Below, piece after piece: positions 1 to 8,969 of a stretch of 34,299 nt of DNA; the first letter of the stretch is position 1, and every line of letters begins with the position of its first letter. Source of the stretch: Sumerlaeia bacterium. Its GTDB lineage: Bacteria > Sumerlaeota > Sumerlaeia > SLMS01 > JAHLLQ01. Under the pieces are notes generated by a model. That model did not search any database, was not told where the DNA came from, and was given only the letters and a program-made list of their open reading frames with translations. Where the stretch lies: NCBI GenBank assembly GCA_040219255.1, contig JAVJSW010000048.1, forward strand, positions 1 through 34,299, in the 5' to 3' direction. Made by a program: the position numbers and the translations under genes.

Positions 1-1302
1 GGAGTTGCCGACGATCTGGAAGTGGATGCCGACCCATTTTTCTTCGCAGGGCTCAAGGGTGATGACGCCGCCATCGTTCTCCAAGAAGGAGACGTGATTG
101 GTGGACTGCTTCGGCCCGGCCCAGTCGATGCGCAGCGTGGCCGCGTCGATGGTGGAGTCGGAGGGCTTGGAGCTGGCCGTCACGACGCGCCAGGCGAGGC
201 CGATGTCGGCCGTGTCTTTGCCGAAGTTGAGATCGAAGGTGCGGGGGTTGGCGGAGTTCAGGTTCGTGAACTTGAGCTTCACGTAGTAATCCATCATGTA
301 GTTGCCGACGTTGTCGGCGGGGGCGAAGCCGGGATAGAGGAGGGCGTCGGCGGTCTGGCGGGCGGTTGAGCAACCGGCGCTTTGCACCTCGGAGAGGGCC
401 ATGCGGAAGTTGACGCCGTCCATGCCGAGTTCGTTGACGTTGATGGTGATGTCGTTGTTGCGCCACTGCTTGCTGGGGAAGACGCCGAGAGCGCGGCGCG
501 TTTCGCAGGACCCCGGGGCGGTGTTGAGGTCGATGGCGCTTTCATCATCGGTAGCACCGGTGTTGAGCAGGGCCTCGGCGCGGGACTTGTTCTCCGAAAT
601 CGCGGCGTCATCGATGGCCATGACGTAGACTTCGAGTTGGGGGCTGGTGCCCGAGACGGCGGCGCGCACACGGCCGAAGCAGTTGATGTTCTTGCTCTGG
701 TCGGTGCCGTCGCTCGACATGTCGAAGCGTTTGGAGTAGGCGATGATGTCGCCCTGTCCCGGCGCGATGTTCATGCTGGAGACGGGGGTGTCCCAGTCAT
801 CGTTCATGACTTTTTCGGCGAGGGTGTTTTCCATTTCGTGAACGGCGAGGATGATGCCGTCGGTGACCATGACTTGCTTGGGGGTGACGGTGACGGTGTT
901 GGAGCCGACGTTTTTGGCGTAAACGACCATGCGTTTGCCCTGGCTTCCGCTCTCGCCCTCGATGTGGAAGAGGAAGATGTCGAAATCATCGTCGATGGCG
1001 GTGAAGCCGTTTTTGGTCTGGGTGCGCAGCGAGGAGCTGGAGGTGCCGTTGGGGGGGAGTTGGTCCTCGGTGGAGTAGAGGACGCCGGTGCCTTCGAACT
1101 GCTCTGGGAGGTCGGAGTTGATGTAGTAGGTGGTGTTGGGGTCGTCGTGGAGGCTTCCGGGGAGGAGGAAGCCGCCACAGGAGTCACAGCCCGAGGCATC
1201 GGCGAGGGGCGTGAGGGTGGTGGCGGTGCAGGCGGCGTGGGCCTGGGGCGCGAGGGAAAGAGAGCAGGCCGCGAGGGCGATGGGAAGGAGTTGGTTTCGC
1301 AT
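1..1302 (-). CDS. Secreted hypothetical protein, 3' end outside the window
   Basis: Absent from the ORF track because it has no stop in the window. ATG at 1302 is preceded by an AGGAGG Shine-Dalgarno (SD). It reads MRNQLLPIALAACSLSLAPQAHA-ACTATT (Sec signal peptide with AxA site) and stays open for 434 codons to the window edge. The + strand ORFs 22..369 and 382..1503 are its antisense shadows. Confidence 0.85.
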   Translation of the reverse strand, partial: MRNQLLPIALAACSLSLAPQAHAACTATTLTPLADASGCDSCGGFLLPGSLHDDPNTTYYINSDLPEQFEGTGVLYSTEDQLPPNGTSSSSLRTQTKNGFTAIDDDFDIFLFHIEGESGSQGKRMVVYAKNVGSNTVTVTPKQVMVTDGIILAVHEMENTLAEKVMNDDWDTPVSSMNIAPGQGDIIAYSKRFDMSSDGTDQSKNINCFGRVRAAVSGTSPQLEVYVMAIDDAAISENKSRAEALLNTGATDDESAIDLNTAPGSCETRRALGVFPSKQWRNNDITINVNELGMDGVNFRMALSEVQSAGCSTARQTADALLYPGFAPADNVGNYMMDYYVKLKFTNLNSANPRTFDLNFGKDTADIGLAWRVVTASSKPSDSTIDAATLRIDWAGPKQSTNHVSFLENDGGVITLEPCEEKWVGIHFQIVGNS

Positions 1303-1733
1303 GAGTTATGCCTCCTGATGGGCAATGTTTTGCGTCTTGGAATTCGTCTGGAGCTATGCAATAGTTTGGCCGCAACTCATTGCATTAACGTTCAAAAAAA
1401 CGAACTCCAAAAAGAAGGAAGCGAGAGCTTGTGGGCCTACTCAAGAGCGTCGCGCGACAACCTCTCAAGCAAGATGGCGACTCGTTCACCTATCGATGGT
1501 TGAGTATTCGAGCCCAACCCTCCCGGCAAGAGTTTTTAAGGGCTTTATGAAGATATTTTGTCGGCATGCAATAGAAAGCGCTTTATAGCCAATGCTTCAC
1601 TCAATTGTTGCCGTATAACCAGTAAATTACTGCGCTTGGGAAACAGTCAGATTTTTGTGTGGGAGTTCACCCGAAGGGGCTTGGGCGGGCTGACGAAGAA
1701 GCCTCTCCCCCGCCCTTTCCTGGGTAATCGCTC

Positions 1734-4079
1734 TTAGGTGCTCGCCAGCAAATCAATGGCTTCGCGGGCGATCTGTTGGGCTTCGACGATGTCGAGGCGG
1801 TCGGTGGCGTTGGCTTCGTCGAGGAGGTCGGCGGGGATGAAGGTGTCGTATTTTTCGGCGGTCTTGGGCACCATCTTTTGAGCGAGTTCGAGGGGGTCGA
1901 TGTCTCCTCGGGCCAGGGGCTGGAGCCATTCGAGGAAGGCCTCTTTGCCGGCGAGGGGAAGGGTGAGGGACAACTCGTCCCCATGTGCTTGCTTGAGGCC
2001 GGAGTGCTGGGCGTAGAGCGCCAGGGTGCGCATCGTTCGTGTACCGGTCCAGGGCAGCCAGAGAACCTTCTCTCTGGCAAATTGCACGTCGCAATCGGCC
2101 AGGCCGCTTTCGAGGAAGACGCGCCGGGCGCTGCGCAGGAGGGCGAGGGCGGTGGCGTCGATATAGCTGAGTTCGCCGCTTTCGAGGAGAAGCCCTCGCA
2201 TGCGGCGCCGCACGACGGTGTGGATGTCGCCTCCGGAAGCGTGGAACATGGGGGCGCTGCCGCCGGGCGAACGCTTGACCAGGACAGTCTTGGCGATTTC
2301 GTCGATGTGAGTGACGCACCATCGGCGCGCCGACAGCGTGAAGCATTCGCCGACGGGCGGAATGAGCGAGGCGGGCAGTTTGCCGATGCGTTCGTGTTCG
2401 GTCTGGATGGTGTATTCTTCAGGGGCTTGAAAGGCGGCGTAGAACTCGTAGCTGGCGGTCAGGCGCTCTCCCATGAGACCCAGGATGAGGAGGCCGTCGG
2501 GGGTTTGTTCGACGATTTCCTTGGCGGCAAGACCCCGCAGCAGGCGCGCAAACTGGCGCGTGGCGATGCGGCGAAAGGGGCCTTCGCCCTGGCAGAGAGC
2601 CGCATAGACTTGTGGGATCGGCATGCCGCCGGTTTGCTTTAGACAACTCATTGTCTGGTGCACCAGGGTGCTGAGGTGATGGCGGTCGATGTCGGGCGGT
2701 TCGAACCATTTCTCGCCCATCAACTCAACCATGGCGATGGCGCGCAAGAGATCGGGATAAAGGAAGTCGGCGATGTTCGCGGTGGGGCTGGGCGAGGTAT
2801 CGAGGGTGAAGAGTTCAAGGCGCGGCTCACCGGTCTTGCGGCCCGAGCGCCCGATGCGCTGGCGCAGCGATGCCACGGACCACGGGGCTCCGATTTGCCC
2901 GACGGTGCGGATGTCGCCGATGTCGATGCCCATCTCGAGCGTGCTGGAGCAGAGGCAGACCAGTGGGCGGCCGTCGTCTTTTTTCAGCTTCGCTTCCGTT
3001 TCTTCGCGCACGTCCTTCGAGAGCGATCCGTGATGCACCACTAGGCGCAGGCCGCTATGGGCGTCGCCCTGGCGTTGGACGATGCGGTCGGCGATTTGCT
3101 CCAGGATGCTCTTGGCGTTCACAAAGGCGAGGTTCTTGCCCTTGCTGAGGCGCGTGGCGATCAGATCCGCCAGGTCGTCGAGGTGATCGCGAAGACTCAG
3201 CGACCGCTCCACGCCGCGCTTGCGGATCGCGTTTTCGAGCTTTCGCCCGAGGCAATCCCAGTCGCCCGGTTTGAGGCCGAGGGAGCCGAACAGCAACTCC
3301 ACCATGTCGGCCTCGATGCGAATGCCGCCCAGGCCGCCAAAGGCGTTTTCCTTCTCCACACTCTCGCGGGTTCGGGCCAAAACGGCGCGGATCTTCAGGC
3401 GGATGTTGTCGCCTTCGCTGCCGTCCGGGGCGATGAAATCCACGCTCCCGGGGTCGTCGGGGCGCAGGAAGCGGCGCGGAATGTCCTGGTCGCTGAGGGT
3501 GGCGGAAAGGCCGACGAAGCGGGGCTTGACCCCGGCGGCCGCAGAAATCCGCGCCACCAGGCTGCGCAGGTGCATGCCGCGGACATTGTCGAGGAAGGCG
3601 TGCAATTCATCGATCACCACGAACTGTAAGTGGGCGTAGATCTTAGGCGCCAGTTTGCCGAAATTGACGAGGTTCGACTCCAGGCTTTCCGGCGTGATGA
3701 TCAGGACGCCGCCGGGATTCCCGCGCAGTTTGCGCTTCTGCGCCCCGGAGACGTCGCCGTGCCAGCGATGAACGGGAATCGCGAGGGCTTCGCACCATTC
3801 CTCGAGGCGGGCGAACTGATCGTTGATAAGCGCCTTGAGGGGGCTGACGCAGAGGCACTGCACCGAGGGCTGGGGCTCCTTGGCGATGGCGGTCAGGATC
3901 GGCAGGAACGCCGCCTCGGTCTTGCCGCCGGCGGTGGGAGCGGAGATCACGACGTGGCGGCCAGTTTCCAGGATGGCTTGGATCGCCCGCACCTGCACGG
4001 GATGCAGCTTATCCCATTTCTTGTCGTAGATGACCTTCTGGAGCTTGGGATCGAGGAGCGAAAAGGCCGAGGCGCTCAT
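1734..4079 (-). CDS. sngC: Lhr-like DEAD/DEAH-box helicase, Shango SngC-type
   Basis: Superfamily 2 motifs APTAGGKTEAA, SPLKALINDQ, TPESLE, DELH, SAT, HHGSLS, STLEMGIDIG and QRIGRSGR. Last gene of the TerB-ATPase-helicase operon. Confidence 0.88.
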   Translation of the reverse strand: MSASAFSLLDPKLQKVIYDKKWDKLHPVQVRAIQAILETGRHVVISAPTAGGKTEAAFLPILTAIAKEPQPSVQCLCVSPLKALINDQFARLEEWCEALAIPVHRWHGDVSGAQKRKLRGNPGGVLIITPESLESNLVNFGKLAPKIYAHLQFVVIDELHAFLDNVRGMHLRSLVARISAAAGVKPRFVGLSATLSDQDIPRRFLRPDDPGSVDFIAPDGSEGDNIRLKIRAVLARTRESVEKENAFGGLGGIRIEADMVELLFGSLGLKPGDWDCLGRKLENAIRKRGVERSLSLRDHLDDLADLIATRLSKGKNLAFVNAKSILEQIADRIVQRQGDAHSGLRLVVHHGSLSKDVREETEAKLKKDDGRPLVCLCSSTLEMGIDIGDIRTVGQIGAPWSVASLRQRIGRSGRKTGEPRLELFTLDTSPSPTANIADFLYPDLLRAIAMVELMGEKWFEPPDIDRHHLSTLVHQTMSCLKQTGGMPIPQVYAALCQGEGPFRRIATRQFARLLRGLAAKEIVEQTPDGLLILGLMGERLTASYEFYAAFQAPEEYTIQTEHERIGKLPASLIPPVGECFTLSARRWCVTHIDEIAKTVLVKRSPGGSAPMFHASGGDIHTVVRRRMRGLLLESGELSYIDATALALLRSARRVFLESGLADCDVQFAREKVLWLPWTGTRTMRTLALYAQHSGLKQAHGDELSLTLPLAGKEAFLEWLQPLARGDIDPLELAQKMVPKTAEKYDTFIPADLLDEANATDRLDIVEAQQIAREAIDLLAST

Positions 4080-4082
4080 GGG

Positions 4083-5420
4083 TCAGAGCCGCAGCGATCC
4101 GAGATCGTCGTCCTCGTCGTCGGGCGCGCCGATCCCGATGGCCACTTCTTCCTCGACGGACTGGGCATGGGCCGGTTTCTGAATCACGTTGTCCTGGCCC
4201 AGCAGGTCCTCCCAACTGGTGCCGGGGTTCTGTTCCAGCACGTTCAACAAACCCACAAACGAACGAATCACATCGCGGGGCGTCTTATAGAACTCGGCTC
4301 CGAGCGTTTCGTTCGCCTTCTGAAGCACCGCCATGATGCAGGCGTCGGGCACGAGATCGTTGGCGGGATCGCCGCTCGAGTGGACGTTGCGGATGTTCTG
4401 GAGGAGGACGAAGAGGTCCTCGGGCGTCAGGTTCTGGAGGCGAATCACCGGCCCCGAATAATCGACGACGCCATTGCCGGCGAATTGATTGCCGGAAAGA
4501 CGCGTGCGAAGCGCTTCGTAGCTGGCGAGGCCCCGGCGCTCGTCGTCCACGAACTCATCGGTCCCGGCGAGGATGAAGCCGATGTTGGCGGCCGATCCCT
4601 GGAGGCAATCGTTGAGCATCGTCAGGATCGCCTCATAGTTGGTCTTGCGGGCGCGGGAGCTCGGCAGGCGATGGGACAAGACCACCAGTTCATCGAGACA
4701 AACGACCATCCCGCTGTAGCCCGCCTTGGCGCAGAAGGCCGCCATCAGTTTCAGGCTGTCGTAGAAGTTTTCGTCGCCGATGATGCGCCGGACACCCAGG
4801 TCCTTGCGGGCTTCCGTCTTGGTGGAGTACTCGGCTCGGAGCCACCGCAGAGCCGCCGTCTGAAGGCCTTCGTCGCCTTCGACGTGGCCGTCGTAGTACC
4901 TGCCCAGGACCTCGGCGAATTCGAACCCACCGACAAAGTCTTGCAGATCGCGCAGGTCCGCCACGATGCGCTGGCGCACATCGGCTTCGCTGCCTCCGGT
5001 TGATGTCACCTCGTGATGGACGGATGAAACCCAGCCCTCGACGAGATTCCGCAGGGCGCCGCCGTCCGGCTTGGACTTGATGGCGAGGTTGCGCATCAGT
5101 TCGGCGTACAGGTTCTGCGCTTGGCCGCCGGAAGCCTGAAGGCGGCGCTCCATCGACATGTCGGCCTGCGCCACGACCAGCTTGCGCGCCAGCGCCTGGG
5201 TCCGCATCAGGTTCAGGAAGAACGACTTGCCGCTGCCGAAACGCCCCACCACAAGGCGGAAGCCGGCACCGCCCTCGGCCGCGCGGTCGAAGTCGGAGAG
5301 GACGGCCTGGACCTCTTGCTTCCGCCCCACCTGAATCAGGTGCAGGCCCTGCTTGGGGACCAGGCCCGCTTGCAGGCTTTGGAGAACGGCGTCGCGCTCG
5401 CGGCGCTTGATCTTCGTCAT
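4083..5420 (-). CDS. sngB: P-loop ATPase (DUF2791/BrxD-like), Shango SngB-type
   Basis: True start is MTKIKRRERDAVLQSLQAGLVP at 5420 (ATGA overlap with the upstream stop). Walker A GRFGSGKSF, Walker B VVCLDE, and motif GLASYEALRTRL. Confidence 0.88.
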   Translation of the reverse strand: MTKIKRRERDAVLQSLQAGLVPKQGLHLIQVGRKQEVQAVLSDFDRAAEGGAGFRLVVGRFGSGKSFFLNLMRTQALARKLVVAQADMSMERRLQASGGQAQNLYAELMRNLAIKSKPDGGALRNLVEGWVSSVHHEVTSTGGSEADVRQRIVADLRDLQDFVGGFEFAEVLGRYYDGHVEGDEGLQTAALRWLRAEYSTKTEARKDLGVRRIIGDENFYDSLKLMAAFCAKAGYSGMVVCLDELVVLSHRLPSSRARKTNYEAILTMLNDCLQGSAANIGFILAGTDEFVDDERRGLASYEALRTRLSGNQFAGNGVVDYSGPVIRLQNLTPEDLFVLLQNIRNVHSSGDPANDLVPDACIMAVLQKANETLGAEFYKTPRDVIRSFVGLLNVLEQNPGTSWEDLLGQDNVIQKPAHAQSVEEEVAIGIGAPDDEDDDLGSLRL

Positions 5421-7762
5421 GGGGTGGAATCCTCCCGGGGAATCAGGTCTCGGTCGATGGTGATCGGATCGTCGCCATCGAGAAGAAGATCGCCGAGGGC
5501 TTCGTCCGCCCAATCGTTCACGGACCCATAAAGCCCGAGCGGCATCAGGTTGTGCCGGGCCGCGAGGGCATCGAATTGCGCTTTGGTCCACTCGCCGCGC
5601 GCGATAAGTTCCAGGGTGGCCGGGATAAAGCGGAGGTCCAGGTCCGCCATCCAATCCGGAGGATCGCCGCCGGCGGGGGGCGCCGGTTCGGGGGCCGGGG
5701 CGGGAGGGACCAATTCGGCCAGTTCGGGCGGCAGGTCTTCCGCGTCGTCTTCTTCCGCGTGTTCCTCGAAGGCTTTGGCCAGGATGCCGATGACTTCGCG
5801 GGTTTCCTCGGAGATAGCCTGTACCTTCGCCATGTCGATTTCAAAGCCGCTTTCGCGGGTTTTCTTCTCCGCGGCCGGCTCAGCGCCGGGCGGGGATGGG
5901 ATGGCTTCGCCCCGCGCGGTGGGAGCAGGTGTCTCGCGGCCGGGGTGGAGCGGAACCGTGTCGTCGGTCTCGCGCACTTTGTCCAGGAGGCTTTCGAGTA
6001 CCTCGCCGGGAATTTCCAGGGCCTTGAAGGACCGCTTGAGGACCTTCAGTTCCTCTGGCCTCACCACACCGTCGGCCGCGGCGATGTACACCAGCACCCG
6101 CGCCAGGGCGTCTTTCTGGTGGGCCGGGACGATCTTGGAGACGCGCCGCAGCGCTCCGACAGCGCGCTCGGGATCGCGCATCAGCAACCCGCTGAGCATC
6201 TGGAGCCGTTGACGGTCGAAGGGGTCGAGAGCGAGATTGGTCATGATGAAGTTCTGGATCAGGTCGAGTTCTTCGCGCTGATGCTCGCCATCGGCGCCCG
6301 CGATGACGAAGCAGATTTGCAGGAGCGCGGAAGCGGCGCCGTAGGGTTTCGAAGGCAGCATCGCCTCCGCGTTGAGTGGACGGAAAATGACGACTTCTTC
6401 GTCCCAACTGTAGGCGACGGTGGCATCGCCCCGGGCGTCGGGTTCGATGGCGTAATCGAAGGACTGCACCAGGTCCGCTACCTCGCGGCTTCGCTTGGCG
6501 GTGAGGCGATTTCGGGGTTCCAGGGCCAGCAGTCCGGCGAATTTCTCGATACGGACGGGAACGATGCCGCCGTTTACGCGATGGCTTTCGATCAGTTCGT
6601 CCCACGCGTCGGCCAGCGGGTGAGGCCGCGCCCGCTGTAAATCGGGCGGCAGAGCCAAATACGCCGCCAGAGACCCCGCCCCCTCCTCTTCCTTCTTCGC
6701 CGCCCGGTCGAAGGCCTTGAGATCGTCCACGCACGAATTCCAGACCGCCCGCAAGACCTTGAACTGGCTCGGGATGCCGAGGACGTTTGGGATGGCGCGC
6801 TCGGCACGCATTCGGCGCTCGGCGATGGCGTAGGCCAAGGTTGGGCTCGCGGGCGTGTACTCGACCCGGCGCGGGCGCTTGGCCGCCTTCAGGAGCAATC
6901 CGCCATTCGTTTCAGCCGCATAGCGCTCGTGGAACAGGCGCTCAAACTCCTCGCGCCGGCGCCGCACCACGATGCTGTTTTTCGTCTCCTGATCGCTGCG
7001 CGCCACCGCCAGGGCGACCTTCGCCGGCAGGGGCATGCCGCTCTCGAAGAGGTTCGCCAGCACAAGGGCGAGGCTGTCTTCCGTCATGTAAGCCTTCGGC
7101 AACTGCATGGCCTTCGGCCAGAAAGACCGGTAATACTCCTGGCCCGCGCCATAGGCCCAGTAATGAAGCAACTGCGTGATGTAGCTCGGCAGCGACTGCG
7201 ACCGGCCATGGGCCGCGTACTGCTCCATCATGTCCGTCAGTGCCCGGAGCATCGCCTGGTCCGCTTGCCCCTCCAGAATCATGCGCCGTTCCAGGCCGTA
7301 GAAGAACAGAAACAAGTAGCCGAAATCTCGGCTCGACGGATCGTGATCCCGGCGCCCCCAGGCCAGCCACTGCAGATAAGCCGCCCGCTGGCCCGGTGTC
7401 ATGCGGTCGTAACGCGTCCAGTAACCGAGTTCGGCCGCCTCGCCGGTAGCCGGGGCGCGGGCGATCTGGAGCGACGGATCGATCGCCGAAGCCTCGGCCG
7501 GAGCCCGGTTGCCGGCCACATAGACCATGGCGTCCGGGATGACGTAGCCGCCGATCTCGACCGCCTGGCCGGAAGGCATCCACTGCAATTCGCCCATTCG
7601 GGGAGCGGGCCGGAACGCGCGGGGTGCCTGCCGGGGCGGGGGCTGCGGGGCACCAGCGGTGGGCCGCCGGTGTTGGGCCATCGCGGGGGAAAGCGCCGGC
7701 GGCACCGGCGGGGCGGACGATCCGCCACCGAACAAGGATTTCAGCAAACCGAGCAAGCCCAT
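5417..7762 (-). CDS. sngA: TerB_N/TerB/TerB_C domain protein, Shango SngA-type
   Basis: TerB_N motifs (YWTRYDRMTPGQRAAYLQWLAWGR, GYLFLFFYGLERR), TerB motifs (IAGADG, IAAADGVVRPEE) and a TerB_C tail (VNDWADEALGDLLLDGDDPI). Start is 7762 or 7774. Confidence 0.88.
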   Translation of the reverse strand: MGLLGLLKSLFGGGSSAPPVPPALSPAMAQHRRPTAGAPQPPPRQAPRAFRPAPRMGELQWMPSGQAVEIGGYVIPDAMVYVAGNRAPAEASAIDPSLQIARAPATGEAAELGYWTRYDRMTPGQRAAYLQWLAWGRRDHDPSSRDFGYLFLFFYGLERRMILEGQADQAMLRALTDMMEQYAAHGRSQSLPSYITQLLHYWAYGAGQEYYRSFWPKAMQLPKAYMTEDSLALVLANLFESGMPLPAKVALAVARSDQETKNSIVVRRRREEFERLFHERYAAETNGGLLLKAAKRPRRVEYTPASPTLAYAIAERRMRAERAIPNVLGIPSQFKVLRAVWNSCVDDLKAFDRAAKKEEEGAGSLAAYLALPPDLQRARPHPLADAWDELIESHRVNGGIVPVRIEKFAGLLALEPRNRLTAKRSREVADLVQSFDYAIEPDARGDATVAYSWDEEVVIFRPLNAEAMLPSKPYGAASALLQICFVIAGADGEHQREELDLIQNFIMTNLALDPFDRQRLQMLSGLLMRDPERAVGALRRVSKIVPAHQKDALARVLVYIAAADGVVRPEELKVLKRSFKALEIPGEVLESLLDKVRETDDTVPLHPGRETPAPTARGEAIPSPPGAEPAAEKKTRESGFEIDMAKVQAISEETREVIGILAKAFEEHAEEDDAEDLPPELAELVPPAPAPEPAPPAGGDPPDWMADLDLRFIPATLELIARGEWTKAQFDALAARHNLMPLGLYGSVNDWADEALGDLLLDGDDPITIDRDLIPREDSTP

Positions 7763-8031
7763 CAGACAAGCCATCCTCGCACCCCGGCCGCCATGAGACC
7801 GACGGGCTTCACCGCGGCCACCGGGAAAATGTGAGACAAACTGAGGCTATTTCTGACGCAAAGCCTGGAACAAGAAGGAATTGATCGCGGCGTGGAACAA
7901 TTCGAAACCTGGGACTGGAACAGGCTTCGGAAATGACGGGATTGGGGAGCCTCTGCCCAACGCCAGAGAGCCAAATCGCGCCGGACTTCTTGGGATGAAG
8001 AAAGCTCTTGTCCTGGCCGCCCATGCCTGTC

Positions 8032-8060
8032 TAATCTGGGTGTGCTCCCAAAAAGGGAGC
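8032..8060 (+). promoter_or_regulatory. Putative higBA -10 box and HigA operator
   Basis: TAATCT at 8032-8037, then a perfect inverted repeat GCTCCC-AAAAA-GGGAGC (8044-8060) just upstream of the higB SD and start. Confidence 0.5.
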
Positions 8061-8084
8061 CCCAAGAGACGGGCGAGGAAACCG

Positions 8085-8399
8085 ATGCGAATCATCGCTA
8101 GGCGCAGGCTGCGGGAGTTTTGGGAAGCCCATCCCGTTGCGAAAGCGGACCCCTCCCTGCGCACGGCTTTGGATGAATGGTATCGGCTCGTCCGCCAAGA
8201 GGAGTGGACGACGCCAGCCGAAGTGAAAGCGCGGTTCGGGGCCGTCAGCATCGTCGCCAATTGCCGGGCCGTCTTCAACATTTGCGGGAACAAGTTCCGC
8301 CTGGTGGCCTCGATCGACTACCCGGGAGGAATCGTGTACATCAAGTTCATCGGCACCCATAAGGAATACGACGCCATCGACGTGGAGACTGTGGAATGA
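8085..8399 (+). CDS. higB: Type II TA toxin, HigB family mRNA interferase
   Basis: MRIIARRRLREFWEAHP...VFNICGNKFRLVASIDY..IVYIKFIGTHKEYDAID is typical HigB. Start at ATG 8085 after GAGGA, not 7881. Confidence 0.93.
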   Translation: MRIIARRRLREFWEAHPVAKADPSLRTALDEWYRLVRQEEWTTPAEVKARFGAVSIVANCRAVFNICGNKFRLVASIDYPGGIVYIKFIGTHKEYDAIDVETVE

Positions 8400-8848
8400 A
8401 GATTCAGGTGATCAAGACGGAAGAGCAATGCGACAAGGCCATGGAGCGCATCGATGAACTCTGGGGCGCGGAGAAGGGGACGCCAGAGGCGGATGAGCTG
8501 GAACTCCTCGCCCTGCTGGTGGAGGATTACGAAGCGCGTACAATCCCTCTCGGCCCACCCGACCCCGTTGCCGCGATCCGGCTGCAAATGGACCTGCGGG
8601 GCATGTCGCAGCGCGACCTTGAGCCGTACATTGGCAACAGTGCCAAAGTTTCCGAAGTACTCGGGGGCAAACGGGGGCTCAGCAAAACGATGATCCGCAA
8701 GCTCCACGACGGCCTTGGGATTCCGCTCGAATCCTTGCTCGGTCCCGCTCCGAAGCCGAGCAAAGCGCACACGCCGGGCCGGAAGCGCCAGGCTGAGGGA
8801 AAATCCGCGCCACGGGCGCACAAGAATCGAGAAACCGCCGACGTTTGA
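8396..8848 (+). CDS. higA: Type II TA antitoxin, HigA family HTH
   Basis: GTPEADELELLALLVEDYE, PDPVAAIR..M, VSEVLGGKRGLSKTMIRKLH.GLGIP. ATGA overlap with higB. Confidence 0.93.
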   Translation: MKIQVIKTEEQCDKAMERIDELWGAEKGTPEADELELLALLVEDYEARTIPLGPPDPVAAIRLQMDLRGMSQRDLEPYIGNSAKVSEVLGGKRGLSKTMIRKLHDGLGIPLESLLGPAPKPSKAHTPGRKRQAEGKSAPRAHKNRETADV

Positions 8849-8882
8849 AGGCGGGGCGTCATGGAACACAAGGGGACGCCGC

Positions 8883-8919
8883 ACAACAAAAACGGCCGGG
8901 TCCACTTTGGAACCCGGCC
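8883..8919 (-). terminator. Rho-independent terminator downstream of the recombinase
   Basis: GC-rich stem GGCCGGGT(T)CCA/TGGACCCGGCC followed on the - strand by GTTTTTGTTGT. Confidence 0.6.
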
Positions 8920-8969
8920 CGCTCGCTCGCTTCGCTCTGGTGGGAGTGGTCATGGCCACCTCGCTTTCT

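Noticed and set aside
1495-1530. tRNA 3'-end-like attachment site (TTCGAGCCC...)
   Set aside because: No proper T-stem or CCA end, and no matching copy at the other end of the island.
1606-1640. dif/pdif-like site (CGTATAA arm)
   Set aside because: No XerD arm (TTATGTTAAAT) at the required spacing.
4083-5420. BREX system (BrxD-like ATPase)
   Set aside because: No pglX, pglZ or brxC. The TerB and Lhr neighbours indicate Shango.
5417-7774. Tellurite resistance operon
   Set aside because: No terA/C/D/Z genes. The TerB domain is part of the defence protein.
7825-7935. GACGCAAAGCC resembling a c-di-GMP-I riboswitch
   Set aside because: No GNRA-capped P2 stem or convincing pairing. The stretch reads better as a degraded coding fragment (KLRLFLTQSLEQEGIDRGVEQFETWDWNRLRK).
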